From contig OZ220741.1 of assembly GCA_965116885.1 (NCBI GenBank), positions 5,024,001-5,088,000 on the forward strand: DNA of 64,000 bases, in the 5' to 3' direction. Source of the stretch: Candidatus Latescibacterota bacterium (lineage in GTDB: Bacteria; Latescibacterota; UBA2968). The notes beneath the pieces were generated by a model. It was not told the DNA's origin. It saw only the letters and a program-made list of their open reading frames with translations, and ran no database searches. Below, piece after piece: positions 39,029 to 48,949 of this stretch; position 1 is the stretch's first letter, and each line of letters opens with the position of its first letter. Made by a program: the position numbers and the translations under genes.

Positions 39029-42000
39029 ATGAAACCTCCTGTTAAATTTCTCTCCTTTGTGCTCGGCATCACCAGTCTGCTGAGCCTGATCTTTTTGATC
39101 TACCCGCGATCACTATCCCCGCAGACCAGCAGCGTGGCCACAGAGACCTCTGCGCCACCTTCTCTCGACTTTGACGGCAGTGGGATTTTGGATTTTCCCG
39201 ACTTTTTGATGTTTGTAAGCGCGTTTGGATCCGAGGAGAACCAGGATAAGTACGATTCAAAATACGACCTCAATAGCGATGGGAAAATCGCTTTTGAAGA
39301 CTTTCTAATTTTAACAGACAACTTTGGCAAAAACGTTGTAGCAAAGCCGTCTCCAACGTCATCGGATCAGAACGCGCGCACGACCCAAAGCATGGCGGAG
39401 AACACAGGGACCACCGGTGCGACATTACCCGTTACTGCGCTGGAGGAATCAGTAGTCGCGTCAACACCACAGCCATTGACAGAAGCGACATTGGATGGCA
39501 GTGTGGTCACCCTGACACTGAGTGGTGCTACTTACGAACGGTCCTCTTTTGACGTCCAAGATCACGTGAAGGTATCGGGTATTGCTGGGGTTACCTTTGA
39601 CAGTTTCTTCGATGTAGATCGCGTGAGCGATACAGTGGTAACCGTTGAACTTACATTCAACGGGAATATGACCACCAATGGCACGCTGACCTTCACGGTA
39701 GAGACAGGTGCCATAGCCAACTATAGCGGGTCTGCGCTCACGACAACATTGTCTGTTACCGCGCTGCAGGAATCGGTGGTCGCGTCAACACCACAGCCAT
39801 TGACAGAAGCGACATTGGATGGCAGTGTGGTCACCCTGACACTGACGGGACGTTCTTATGAGCGATCCGTGTTCGACATTAGTGATGCAGTGAAAGTATC
39901 GGGCATTGCTGGGGTTACCTTTGACGGTTTCTTCGATGTGGATCGCGTGAGTGATACCGTGGTAACCGTTGAGCTCACATTCAACGGGAATATGACCACC
40001 AATGGCACACTGACCTTCACGGTAGAGGCAGATGCCATAGCGGGCTACAACGGTCCCGCGCTCACTGCGACATTACCCGTTACTGCTGGCCCTGGTAATG
40101 GAGGCCAACCACCGCCGCAGCCACCGCCGCAGCCACCGCCACAACCACCGCCGCAACCACCACCGGGCGGGGGCACGCCCACTGGAAGTCCCGATCTCAT
40201 TGTCGAATCGCCTTCGGCCGATAATAACACCCTATCACCCGAGCAATCCTTCAGGCTAAGTGCGACTGTTCGCAATCAGGGTGGGGAGCGGTCTTCCTCC
40301 ACGACATTGCGCTATTATCTGTCAACCGATATGACCATCACGACAGGTGATACGGAAGTAGAGACCGACTATGTGAGCCGCCTTGATGCTTCTGCAATCA
40401 GTGATGAATCCGCTCGTTTGACGGCACCATCGAGTGAGGGCACATATTACTACGGAGCCTGTGTCGATGCAGTATCTGGCGAATCCAACACAGGAAACAA
40501 CTGCTCCAGTGCTATCACCGTCACGGTTAGTGGTTCTGACTTGATCGTCGAATCGCCTGCAGTCAGCGATAGTAGTCCGGGACCAGGCGCATCCTTCACA
40601 TTGAGCGCAACTGTTCGCAATCAGGGTGGCGGCGCGGCTTCCTCTACGACATTGCGCTATTATCTGTCAACCGATGCAACCATCACGGCAGGTGATACGG
40701 AAGTAGAGACCGACTATGTGACCAGCCTTGATCCTTCTGAAACCAGCGATGAGCGGGCTTATTTGGACGCGCCGTCGAGTGAGGGCACGTATTACTACGG
40801 AGCCTGTGTCGAAAGCGTCACCGGGGAGAGCGATACGGATAACAACTGCTCCAGTGCTGTCACCGTCACGGTTAGTGGTTCTGACTTGATCGTCGAATCG
40901 CCTACAGTCAGCGAAAGCAATCCAAAGGCAGGTGCATCCTTCAGGCTATATGCCACTGTTCGCAATCAAGGTGGCAGTCGATCTTCCCCTACCACATTGC
41001 GCTATTATCTGTCAACCGATGTGACGATCAACACGAACGATCAGGAAGTAGAAACGGACTATGTGAGCTACCTTGTCCCTTCTGAAACCAGCGAGGAATC
41101 TGCTTATCTGAACGCCCCATCGAGTGCGGGCACATATTACTACGGTGCCTGTGTCGAAGCAGTCACTGGCGAATCTGACACAGGTAACAACTGCTCCAGT
41201 GCTGTCACCATAACCGTAGGCGGCACAGCTCCCCCACCTACTCCCAATCAGCCCCCAGTATTCACCGAGGGAACGAGCACAACCCGCAGCATAGCAGAGA
41301 ACACAGGCGCAGGGCAGAACATCGGAAATCCGATCAGCGCGACAGATGGCGACAACGACCGCCTCACCTACAGCCTCGAAGGCGCGGATGCCAGAGCATT
41401 CACCATCATCTCAGGCAGTGGGCAACTCAGGACCCGGTCGGGTGTGACGTATGACTACGAGACGAAGAACAGCTATTCAGTAACCGTGCGAGTACAGGAC
41501 GGCGAAGGTGGCAGTGCGACCATCGCCGTGACCATCACCCTCACCGATGAGAGCGAAACGCCGAGCAGACCAGATGCGCCCACAGTCACAGCCTCAACAT
41601 TGAACAGCCTGAGCCTGCGCTGGACAGCACCGACGAACTCAGGGTCTGCCCTCAACGACTACGACGTGCAATACAGGGCGACAGGCGGTAGCTTCACCGA
41701 CTGGCCCCATACTGGCACGAGCACGAACACGACAATCACGGGCTTGACCGCAAATACCCGTTACGAGATACAGGTGCGAGCGCGCAATGCACAGGGCGTG
41801 AGCAACTGGTCGCCATCGGCTACCGGAACGACCACAGCCAATCAGTCCCCAGTATTCAGCGAAGGAACGAGCACAACGCGCAGCATAGCAGAGAACACAA
41901 GCGCAGGACAGAACATCGGAAATCCGATCAGCGCAACAGATAGCGACAATGACCAGATCACATACAGCCTCGAAGGCAGGGACGCTTCTGCATTCACCAT

Positions 42001-45000
42001 CCAGTCCAATAGCGGCCAACTTACAACCCGGTCTGGCCAGACGTATGACTACGAAACAAAGGACCGCTATTCGGTAACCGTGCGGGCACAGGACGGCAAA
42101 GGCGGCAGTGCGACCATCGCCGTGACCATTGCCCTCACCGATGAGAACGAACCCCCTGGCAGACCTGCTGCACCCACAGTCACAGCCTCATCGAATAGCC
42201 TGAGCCTGCGCTGGACAGCACCGGGGAATACAGGTCCTGCCATCAGCGACTACGATATACAGTACAGGGCGACAGGCGGCAGCTTCACCGACTGGACCCA
42301 TACTGGCACAAACACGAACACAACAATCACGGGATTGACGGCTAATACCAGTTACGAGGTACAGGTTCGAGCAATCAACGACGAAGGCACAGGCGACTGG
42401 TCACCATCGGGCAGTGGGACGACCAGTAGTACTGATGCGAATAATCCCGATCTGATTGTCGAATCACCATCCGTCGATAATAACACCCTGTCACCCGAGC
42501 AATCCTTCAGGCTCAGAGCGACTGTTCGCAATCGGGGTGGGGAGCGGTCTTCCTCTACGACATTGCGCTATTATCTGTCAACCGACAATACGATCTCGAC
42601 AAGTGATACAGAAGTGGGTACGGACTACGTGAGCCGCCTTAATGCTTCTGCAAGCAGTGATGAGTCTGTTCGTTTGAACGCCCCGTCGAGTGAGGGCACA
42701 TATTACTATGGTGCCTGTGTCGAAAGCGTCAGCGGGGAGAGCGACACGGGTAACAATTGCTCCAGTGCTGTCACCGTTACTGTTATTGGCTCTGACTTAA
42801 TCGTCGAATCGCCTACAGTCAGCAATAGCAGTCCGGGACCAGGTGCATCCTTCAGGTTGAGTGCAACTGTTCGCAATCAGGGTGGCGGTCAATCTTCCTC
42901 TACGACATTGCGCTATTATCTGTCAACCGATGCGACTATCACGACAGGTGATACAGAAATAGATACGGACTACGTTACCTCTCTTGATCCTTCTGAAACC
43001 AGTGACGAGTTGGTTTTCTTGTCAGCCCCGTCAAGTGCTGGCAGATATTACTACGGCGCCTGTGTCGAAGCAGTCACTGGCGAATCCAACACAGGTAACA
43101 ACTGCTCCAGTGCTGTCATCGTGACCGTGAGAAGCGCCCCTCCTCCACCCGCACCCAATCAGCCCCCAGTGTTCAGCGAGGGAACAAGCACCACACGCAG
43201 CATAGCTGAGAACACAGGCGCAGGGCAGAACATTGGAAATCCGGTCAGCGCGACAGATGGCGACAACGACCGCCTCACCTACAGCCTCCAGGGCAGGGAT
43301 GCCTCTGCATTTACCATCGTCTCAGGCAGTGGTCAACTCAAGACCCGGTCAGGTGTGACGTATGACTATGAGACGAAGGATACCTATTCGGTAACCGTGC
43401 GAGTACAGGACGGCGAAGGTGGCAGTGCAACCATTACCGTGACCATCACCCTCACCGATGAGAATGAACCGCCAGATAGACCAGATGCACCTGTAGTCAC
43501 GGCCTCGACCTTAAACAGCTTGAGCCTGCGCTGGACAGCACCGGCAAACCCCGGTCCTGCCATCAGCGACTACGACGTGCAATACAGAGAAGCAGGCGGC
43601 AACTTCACCGATTGGCCCCATACCGGGACTGGCACGACGACGACAATCACAGGCTTGACCGCAAACACCCGTTATGAGGTACAGGTGCGAGCACGCAATG
43701 CACAGGGCGTGAGCAACTGGTCGCCATCAGTTACCGGGACAACCATAGCCAATCAGTCTCCAGTGTTCAGTGAGGGAACAAGCACGACCCGCAGCATAGC
43801 CGAAAACACAGGCGCAGGGCAGAACATCGGAAATCCTGTCAGTGCGACAGATGGCGATAGCGACCCGATCACATATAGCCTCCAGGGTAGGGACGCCTCT
43901 GCATTTACCATTCAGTCAAATAGTGGTCAACTCAGTACCCAATCAGGTCAGACATATAACTATGAGACAAAGGATACCTATTCGGTAACCGTGCGAGCAC
44001 AGGACGGCAAAGGCGGCAGTGCGACCATCGCCGTGACCATCACCCTCACCGATGAGAACGAACCCCCGGGCAGACCTGCTGCACCCACAGTAACGGCCTC
44101 GTCGAATAGCCTGAGCGTGCGCTGGACAGCGCCGACTAACTCCGGGCCTGCGATCAGCGACTACGACGTGCAGTACAGAGCGACAGGAGGTAGCTTCACC
44201 GATTGGTCCCATATTGGGCCGGGTCTGAGCACGACCATTACGGGTTTGATGTCTGAGACCACTTACGAGGTACAGGTGCGAGCGACCAATGACGAAGGCA
44301 CGAGCGGCTGGTCGCCATCGGGTAATGGCACGACCAGTCGTCCCGCGCCCGGCTTTGCCCCGGTGGATCAGAATGCATTCAATACATTTGTTACAGACAA
44401 AATCCTATCCGTAGAATCCTATTATATCGAATTCTTGTCTGCTGGCCGCTTTGAGGAAAACAATGCATATCCGGGAAGCTATACATTTTCAAATACTGGC
44501 TCGAATACTGGCATACTTACGCAAAACTATGATGGGGGGCAGTTGGGTGGTACCTGTACAATCGAAATGACCTTCTCTTCAACAACCACAGGTACTTTAC
44601 GCGCCAAATGTGGTAGCGAGCAAAACTACGATTCATCCCAGGCGTGGCAGCTTTCCGACCCGCCCGATCCCAACGCCTTTAATATCGAAGTCATCTGGGT
44701 CGGCAGCGAGCCATCTGCAGCTCATCAGGCAGCCTTCAATGCCGCAGTTACGCGTTGGGAGAGCATTATCACGAGCGACATCCCCGATGTTTTTGTCAGT
44801 TCAGATGAGGGGGGTACGATAGACGGCGTTAAGGTCTTCGGCCTTGTAGATGACCTGAGAATCTACGCACGTCTCACTAATATTGACGGCCCAGGTGAAA
44901 CTCTGGGGAGTGCTGGTCCTCGAGAAACGCGCCAGCAATCAAAATTGCCGATTGTAGCACAAATGAAATTTGACACGTCTGACTTGGGCGATTTTACGCT

Positions 45001-45562
45001 TGAAGCTCTGCAAGATCTCTATCTGCATGAGATGGGTCATTGTTTGGGAATCGGTACTGCGTGGAAACCCCTCGGCTTGTTAAAAGATCCGTCAATTAAA
45101 TTCCAATTTTTTATTATTCCCATATTAGTGGATGGTGCCGATACGCATTTCGCGGGAGCACAGGCGATTGAGGCGTTCAATGACGCAGGCGGCACGGGCT
45201 ACGAGGATGGAAAAGTACCTGTGGAAAATGAGAAAGGCGGATTGGGTACACGAGACGGTCATTGGCGGCAGTCTGTGTTTGGCCCCAACGAACTCATGGA
45301 GGGATTCCTTTCTCCCAGTTCTACAATGCGCGATCCGTTGAGCGCGATCACGATTCAGTCTCTGGCCGATCTGGGCTACATCGTCGATGTCACCCAAGCT
45401 GACGCGTACACACTACCCTCACCTATCGCTGCTAAATTGGCGATAGCATCTAAGCATCAGGTCCCGATTAACTGCCTCCTGACAGAACCCATCGGTGAGA
45501 TCGATGAATACAAACAGATCGAGTTGAAGCCCAGGCGCTTGAATATCCTTGATAATCAATAA
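39029..45562 (+). CDS. Giant surface protein: EF-hand/dockerin-like tag, CARDB, cadherin and FN3 repeats, leishmanolysin-like (M8) metalloprotease
   Basis: DFDGSG..DF; 5 x DLIVESP...YYYGACV...NNCS (CARDB); 4 x IAENT...YDYETK (cadherin) + W..P...YDVQYR...YEVQVRA.N (FN3); HEMGHCLG, GHWR, ELM. Confidence 0.88.
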   Translation: MKPPVKFLSFVLGITSLLSLIFLIYPRSLSPQTSSVATETSAPPSLDFDGSGILDFPDFLMFVSAFGSEENQDKYDSKYDLNSDGKIAFEDFLILTDNFGKNVVAKPSPTSSDQNARTTQSMAENTGTTGATLPVTALEESVVASTPQPLTEATLDGSVVTLTLSGATYERSSFDVQDHVKVSGIAGVTFDSFFDVDRVSDTVVTVELTFNGNMTTNGTLTFTVETGAIANYSGSALTTTLSVTALQESVVASTPQPLTEATLDGSVVTLTLTGRSYERSVFDISDAVKVSGIAGVTFDGFFDVDRVSDTVVTVELTFNGNMTTNGTLTFTVEADAIAGYNGPALTATLPVTAGPGNGGQPPPQPPPQPPPQPPPQPPPGGGTPTGSPDLIVESPSADNNTLSPEQSFRLSATVRNQGGERSSSTTLRYYLSTDMTITTGDTEVETDYVSRLDASAISDESARLTAPSSEGTYYYGACVDAVSGESNTGNNCSSAITVTVSGSDLIVESPAVSDSSPGPGASFTLSATVRNQGGGAASSTTLRYYLSTDATITAGDTEVETDYVTSLDPSETSDERAYLDAPSSEGTYYYGACVESVTGESDTDNNCSSAVTVTVSGSDLIVESPTVSESNPKAGASFRLYATVRNQGGSRSSPTTLRYYLSTDVTINTNDQEVETDYVSYLVPSETSEESAYLNAPSSAGTYYYGACVEAVTGESDTGNNCSSAVTITVGGTAPPPTPNQPPVFTEGTSTTRSIAENTGAGQNIGNPISATDGDNDRLTYSLEGADARAFTIISGSGQLRTRSGVTYDYETKNSYSVTVRVQDGEGGSATIAVTITLTDESETPSRPDAPTVTASTLNSLSLRWTAPTNSGSALNDYDVQYRATGGSFTDWPHTGTSTNTTITGLTANTRYEIQVRARNAQGVSNWSPSATGTTTANQSPVFSEGTSTTRSIAENTSAGQNIGNPISATDSDNDQITYSLEGRDASAFTIQSNSGQLTTRSGQTYDYETKDRYSVTVRAQDGKGGSATIAVTIALTDENEPPGRPAAPTVTASSNSLSLRWTAPGNTGPAISDYDIQYRATGGSFTDWTHTGTNTNTTITGLTANTSYEVQVRAINDEGTGDWSPSGSGTTSSTDANNPDLIVESPSVDNNTLSPEQSFRLRATVRNRGGERSSSTTLRYYLSTDNTISTSDTEVGTDYVSRLNASASSDESVRLNAPSSEGTYYYGACVESVSGESDTGNNCSSAVTVTVIGSDLIVESPTVSNSSPGPGASFRLSATVRNQGGGQSSSTTLRYYLSTDATITTGDTEIDTDYVTSLDPSETSDELVFLSAPSSAGRYYYGACVEAVTGESNTGNNCSSAVIVTVRSAPPPPAPNQPPVFSEGTSTTRSIAENTGAGQNIGNPVSATDGDNDRLTYSLQGRDASAFTIVSGSGQLKTRSGVTYDYETKDTYSVTVRVQDGEGGSATITVTITLTDENEPPDRPDAPVVTASTLNSLSLRWTAPANPGPAISDYDVQYREAGGNFTDWPHTGTGTTTTITGLTANTRYEVQVRARNAQGVSNWSPSVTGTTIANQSPVFSEGTSTTRSIAENTGAGQNIGNPVSATDGDSDPITYSLQGRDASAFTIQSNSGQLSTQSGQTYNYETKDTYSVTVRAQDGKGGSATIAVTITLTDENEPPGRPAAPTVTASSNSLSVRWTAPTNSGPAISDYDVQYRATGGSFTDWSHIGPGLSTTITGLMSETTYEVQVRATNDEGTSGWSPSGNGTTSRPAPGFAPVDQNAFNTFVTDKILSVESYYIEFLSAGRFEENNAYPGSYTFSNTGSNTGILTQNYDGGQLGGTCTIEMTFSSTTTGTLRAKCGSEQNYDSSQAWQLSDPPDPNAFNIEVIWVGSEPSAAHQAAFNAAVTRWESIITSDIPDVFVSSDEGGTIDGVKVFGLVDDLRIYARLTNIDGPGETLGSAGPRETRQQSKLPIVAQMKFDTSDLGDFTLEALQDLYLHEMGHCLGIGTAWKPLGLLKDPSIKFQFFIIPILVDGADTHFAGAQAIEAFNDAGGTGYEDGKVPVENEKGGLGTRDGHWRQSVFGPNELMEGFLSPSSTMRDPLSAITIQSLADLGYIVDVTQADAYTLPSPIAAKLAIASKHQVPINCLLTEPIGEIDEYKQIELKPRRLNILDNQ
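40106..40165 (+). repeat. 12-bp tandem repeat x5 encoding (QPPP)5 linker
   Basis: CA(A/G)CCACC(G/A)CC(G/A) five times, in frame. Confidence 0.9.
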
Positions 45563-45638
45563 CACTCAACTTTCAGCAGCGGTCGGAAGTGGCAGCGGTG
45601 TTTGGATCTAAAATACTTTGGACAGAATGCCGAGCAAA

Positions 45639-45824
45639 TACCGCAGCTTGGAACAGACCGTGCGCGAGGGCCTCGAACAGACCCATGCCTACATGAATCG
45701 CTACGCCGCAACAGAAGGCTACCTCGTCATCTATGACCGCAGCGCGGGCGTGTCGTGGGACGAGAAGATATTCCGCAAATAGGAAAACGTAGGAGATGCG
45801 AAAATCACTGTGTGGGGAATGTGA
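45639..45824 (+). pseudogene. C-terminal relic of an ATPase/PD-(D/E)XK protein
   Basis: YRSLEQTVREGLEQTHAYMNRYAATEGYLVIYDR...SWDEKIFRK*ENVGDAKITVWGM*; internal TAG at 45780; no 5' part. Confidence 0.65.
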
Positions 45825-45864
45825 AGGGAGAAGTGAAACGCAACAATGACAAGGAAATAAATCC

Positions 45865-47214
45865 ATGAAAAATCTCATTCTTAATTCCCTCGTTTTCATA
45901 TTGGTTAATCTTATTTCTTTTTCAGCGACCACCGCTGACACTGGGCAATCGGTTGCCCAAACCGCAAATCACAATGTAATGCTAACGGTTGGGTACGTCG
46001 AAAGAGATCGGGTAACTTTTGCATCTCTTACTCCAACTATAGACATCAAATTAAGAGAAAGTGAATCCCTTAAGTATTACGAAGTAATTATATGGGAGGA
46101 GACTTCCTCGGTACACTTCTATGAATTCCCCAATGATTTCAATTCTCAGTATGGATACGATATTACCTCTGTAGATGAAGACGGATTTCCTGTCGGGTTA
46201 CGCCGAAATAATATAACTGATCAGCAAAAAATCGTTTATCGGGAGCAGTTTTTGATCAGCAAATATACAGATATGCCCAAAGCCTGGACCAATGAGAGAA
46301 GCTCCTTCATGAAATCAGCGTTTATGGATATCGCATCCTATTTGGTGAATCGACATCCTGAGTCGGAACATCATTTGAAATTTCGCGGACACGGAGGGCC
46401 AGGAGGCAGGCTTTTTAGCGGTCATTTGGGAAAAACCCATGCTTATGAATTCTTGCAATTCTGGAGCAATTCATTAGGAAAACCATTGGGTGTTATTGAC
46501 ATGGGTGGCCCCTGCAATAAAGGCAGTTTCGCAGACCTTGATAATTTCTGTGAGTCTGCAAGATACTATATTGCTTCGGATTTGCTCAATGGGGGATATT
46601 CAATGGATGAATTCACCTGGGCGAAGCGTGAAGAAGTTTGGCCGCTAACGCAATATCACGATCTATTTTCCGCTAACGTAAATCTCGAAGAGACATTAAA
46701 AGGTCGTATCGACTTAAAGAGAAAATCGTACAAATATTCAAGAAACAATATGATAACCAATCAAGTTGCTCAAGCGAATTATCTCTATTCGTGTGCTGAA
46801 TTCCGCAAATTTAGCCTTGACTTCAAATTATTTCTCAGCCGTGTACGCGTTGATTATCATATATACAATGACTTATATCAGTATATGATTGATAACAATG
46901 CTCCGCCAACTCTTATAGAACAGTTTAACAATGTAATTGTGTATAAGGCTGACAATAGAGATTTTTTTGAGTGGAGCAAAATCCGCAATGGAATCCTAAT
47001 GCCCGATCCAGGACTTCTCGTTCTGCCGCCCTCTTCGGACTTTGACGGCGATGGCATTGTTGGGATTCCCGACTTTTTGCAGTTTGTAGATCATTTCGGG
47101 TTAAGTCGAGGTGATGTGGGATATGATGCGCAGTACGATCTGGATGGGGATCACACGATTGGCATTCCTGATTTTCTGATCTTTGTTAATGCCTTTGGCA
47201 AAGAAGGGGCATAG
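45865..47214 (+). CDS. Secreted clostripain/caspase-fold-like protein with C-terminal EF-hand/dockerin-like tag
   Basis: Signal peptide; PESEHHLKFRGHGG and LGVIDMGGPC, ARYYIASD resemble C11 His-Gly/Cys strands; DFDGDGIVGIPDF tag. Confidence 0.6.
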   Translation: MKNLILNSLVFILVNLISFSATTADTGQSVAQTANHNVMLTVGYVERDRVTFASLTPTIDIKLRESESLKYYEVIIWEETSSVHFYEFPNDFNSQYGYDITSVDEDGFPVGLRRNNITDQQKIVYREQFLISKYTDMPKAWTNERSSFMKSAFMDIASYLVNRHPESEHHLKFRGHGGPGGRLFSGHLGKTHAYEFLQFWSNSLGKPLGVIDMGGPCNKGSFADLDNFCESARYYIASDLLNGGYSMDEFTWAKREEVWPLTQYHDLFSANVNLEETLKGRIDLKRKSYKYSRNNMITNQVAQANYLYSCAEFRKFSLDFKLFLSRVRVDYHIYNDLYQYMIDNNAPPTLIEQFNNVIVYKADNRDFFEWSKIRNGILMPDPGLLVLPPSSDFDGDGIVGIPDFLQFVDHFGLSRGDVGYDAQYDLDGDHTIGIPDFLIFVNAFGKEGA

Positions 47215-47423
47215 AAGATATGCGCTATGATTTGCGCTCCCTATTTGACAAAGTCGCAGTCTGAAATTGCTGTCAGTTTGATACAAAGGAGGATGCCTGA
47301 GCGGGTACCTGCGGTCACCAACAAGGGGGGTGATCTCTGTATTTTTGTATAGTATTTCTACTTTATATCACATAATTTGAGTTATATAAGTCCTTGCAAA
47401 ACAACGCTCGCCAACTCGCGTCT

Positions 47424-47462
47424 GCTTCCCACGCCTAAAGGCTGGGGGTTTTACGCGCTATT
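47424..47462. mobile_element. Isolated IS200/IS605-like end hairpin remnant
   Basis: CTTCCCACGCCTAAAGGCTGGGGGTTTTACGCGC resembles IS605-group subterminal hairpins; no transposase nearby. Confidence 0.45.
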
Positions 47463-47486
47463 TGATAATTTTTTGAGAATTGGTTG

Positions 47487-48926
47487 ATGCGCTCATTTTT
47501 ACTTTCTCTTCCTTTGTGTGTCTTTTTGTTTTGCCTCCCGAAAAACGCGCATACTTCAACTTCGGAGGCTAAAATTGATAGTCTTTACAAACACGACCCC
47601 TACGATATATCGCAAGCCGGAGTTACCGACAGTACGGATGTCTATGTTACAAAAACTTCAAAAGTGAAATATCTCTTGCGATCCCCCCGGTATATCTTGC
47701 TGACGATGGTCTATCCTTTGGAGAAATTCGCCCTTCAAGTAGAGTACGCAAAACTGTGGATTCGCTACTATAAATTTTTCACCAATAAAACGGGTACATT
47801 TGGTCTTTTTCCGCACGGGCAATTGGGAGGAGAAACGGGTACAGGGATTGGAGCGCGTCTTTTTCATACCAATATCCTGGGGCGCAAAAACGCATTGACT
47901 GCACACTATATCTATTCGGGTGAGCAGGGACAATTTTGCGAGGGTCTGTATATTGACCCCGATCTATTGGATACGGGGCTTATTTGGAAAATTCAGGGCG
48001 GATATTTGCAAACCAAAAATAGAAATGCCAATATAAACGGCGCAATAGATGACGACGAATCGAGGCTTTTTGAACTCAAAAAAGTTGATGTTGAGACCTC
48101 TATTGAATGGCGTTTGAAAACGGATGAGACCGCGTCTATAGTGCCGCAGTTTAAAATGGTGGGCAGGATTGGGTTTTCGCAGCGCAATTTTATGCCTGTC
48201 TTGGGTGGATTGCAACCGCTTTCCGCCCCGGGATCATCACCACAGGCACGCCTGCTTAAGGGGTTGGGCACAAAATTCAAATTTTATCGCATTGGTCTTC
48301 AGGTGATGTATGATGACCGCGATTATAAAAAACCAGTTTGCCAGCTTTCACATCCTCCCAATTATCGATTTCCAGGCAGGATGGTTACACAACTTGGAGA
48401 TCAGTTTTATTTTGCGCGAGATATTGGCTTTCCTGAACGCGGTGGGTTTATCACTTTAGAAGGTGACTGGGTGACAGGCCCTGATCGCATTGCGTTCTAC
48501 AAGATACGCGCAGAAGCTGCCCGTTATATCACACTGTTCTGGAAGAACCGAATTCTGGTTCTGCACGCACGGGTAGATAAAGTGCGGTCAGTAGGGGATG
48601 GGTTTGTTCCTTATACCGAGTTGATTCAATTGGGCGGGAATGAATCGGCACGCGGATACACGCGCGGTTATTTTCGCGGACAGGGTGCATTGCAATTTAA
48701 TGTGGAGTATCGATACCCAATATGGGATTATTCGAATGTATTTTTGTTTTGGGATGAAGGGCAAATTTTCGATCATTTTGGCGATTTGAGGTGGGGAGGG
48801 TTCCATTCTTCGTGGGGCGGTGGCATTGCATTTCGCACGGAGACCGATTTGCTCGGCAAAATCAAAATTGGACATAGTACTGCCAATCGTTTCCTCATCG
48901 GATTTACGATGAGCCAGGCATTTTAG
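47487..48926 (+). CDS. Omp85/BamA-TamA family outer-membrane protein
   Basis: Signal peptide; YDDRD, LGGNESARGYTRGYFRG, VEYRYPIW, FWDEG, terminal QAF. Confidence 0.85.
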   Translation: MRSFLLSLPLCVFLFCLPKNAHTSTSEAKIDSLYKHDPYDISQAGVTDSTDVYVTKTSKVKYLLRSPRYILLTMVYPLEKFALQVEYAKLWIRYYKFFTNKTGTFGLFPHGQLGGETGTGIGARLFHTNILGRKNALTAHYIYSGEQGQFCEGLYIDPDLLDTGLIWKIQGGYLQTKNRNANINGAIDDDESRLFELKKVDVETSIEWRLKTDETASIVPQFKMVGRIGFSQRNFMPVLGGLQPLSAPGSSPQARLLKGLGTKFKFYRIGLQVMYDDRDYKKPVCQLSHPPNYRFPGRMVTQLGDQFYFARDIGFPERGGFITLEGDWVTGPDRIAFYKIRAEAARYITLFWKNRILVLHARVDKVRSVGDGFVPYTELIQLGGNESARGYTRGYFRGQGALQFNVEYRYPIWDYSNVFLFWDEGQIFDHFGDLRWGGFHSSWGGGIAFRTETDLLGKIKIGHSTANRFLIGFTMSQAF

Positions 48927-48949
48927 AAGGCGCAGGGAAGATATTCTTT

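Noticed and set aside
39029..44340. Near-identical internal repeats as a DGR template/variable pair
   Set aside because: All copies are in-frame domain repeats, differences do not look adenine-specific, and no reverse transcriptase is present.
45573..45941. 122-aa minus ORF
   Set aside because: Antisense to the ATPase/nuclease relic and to the start of the next gene.
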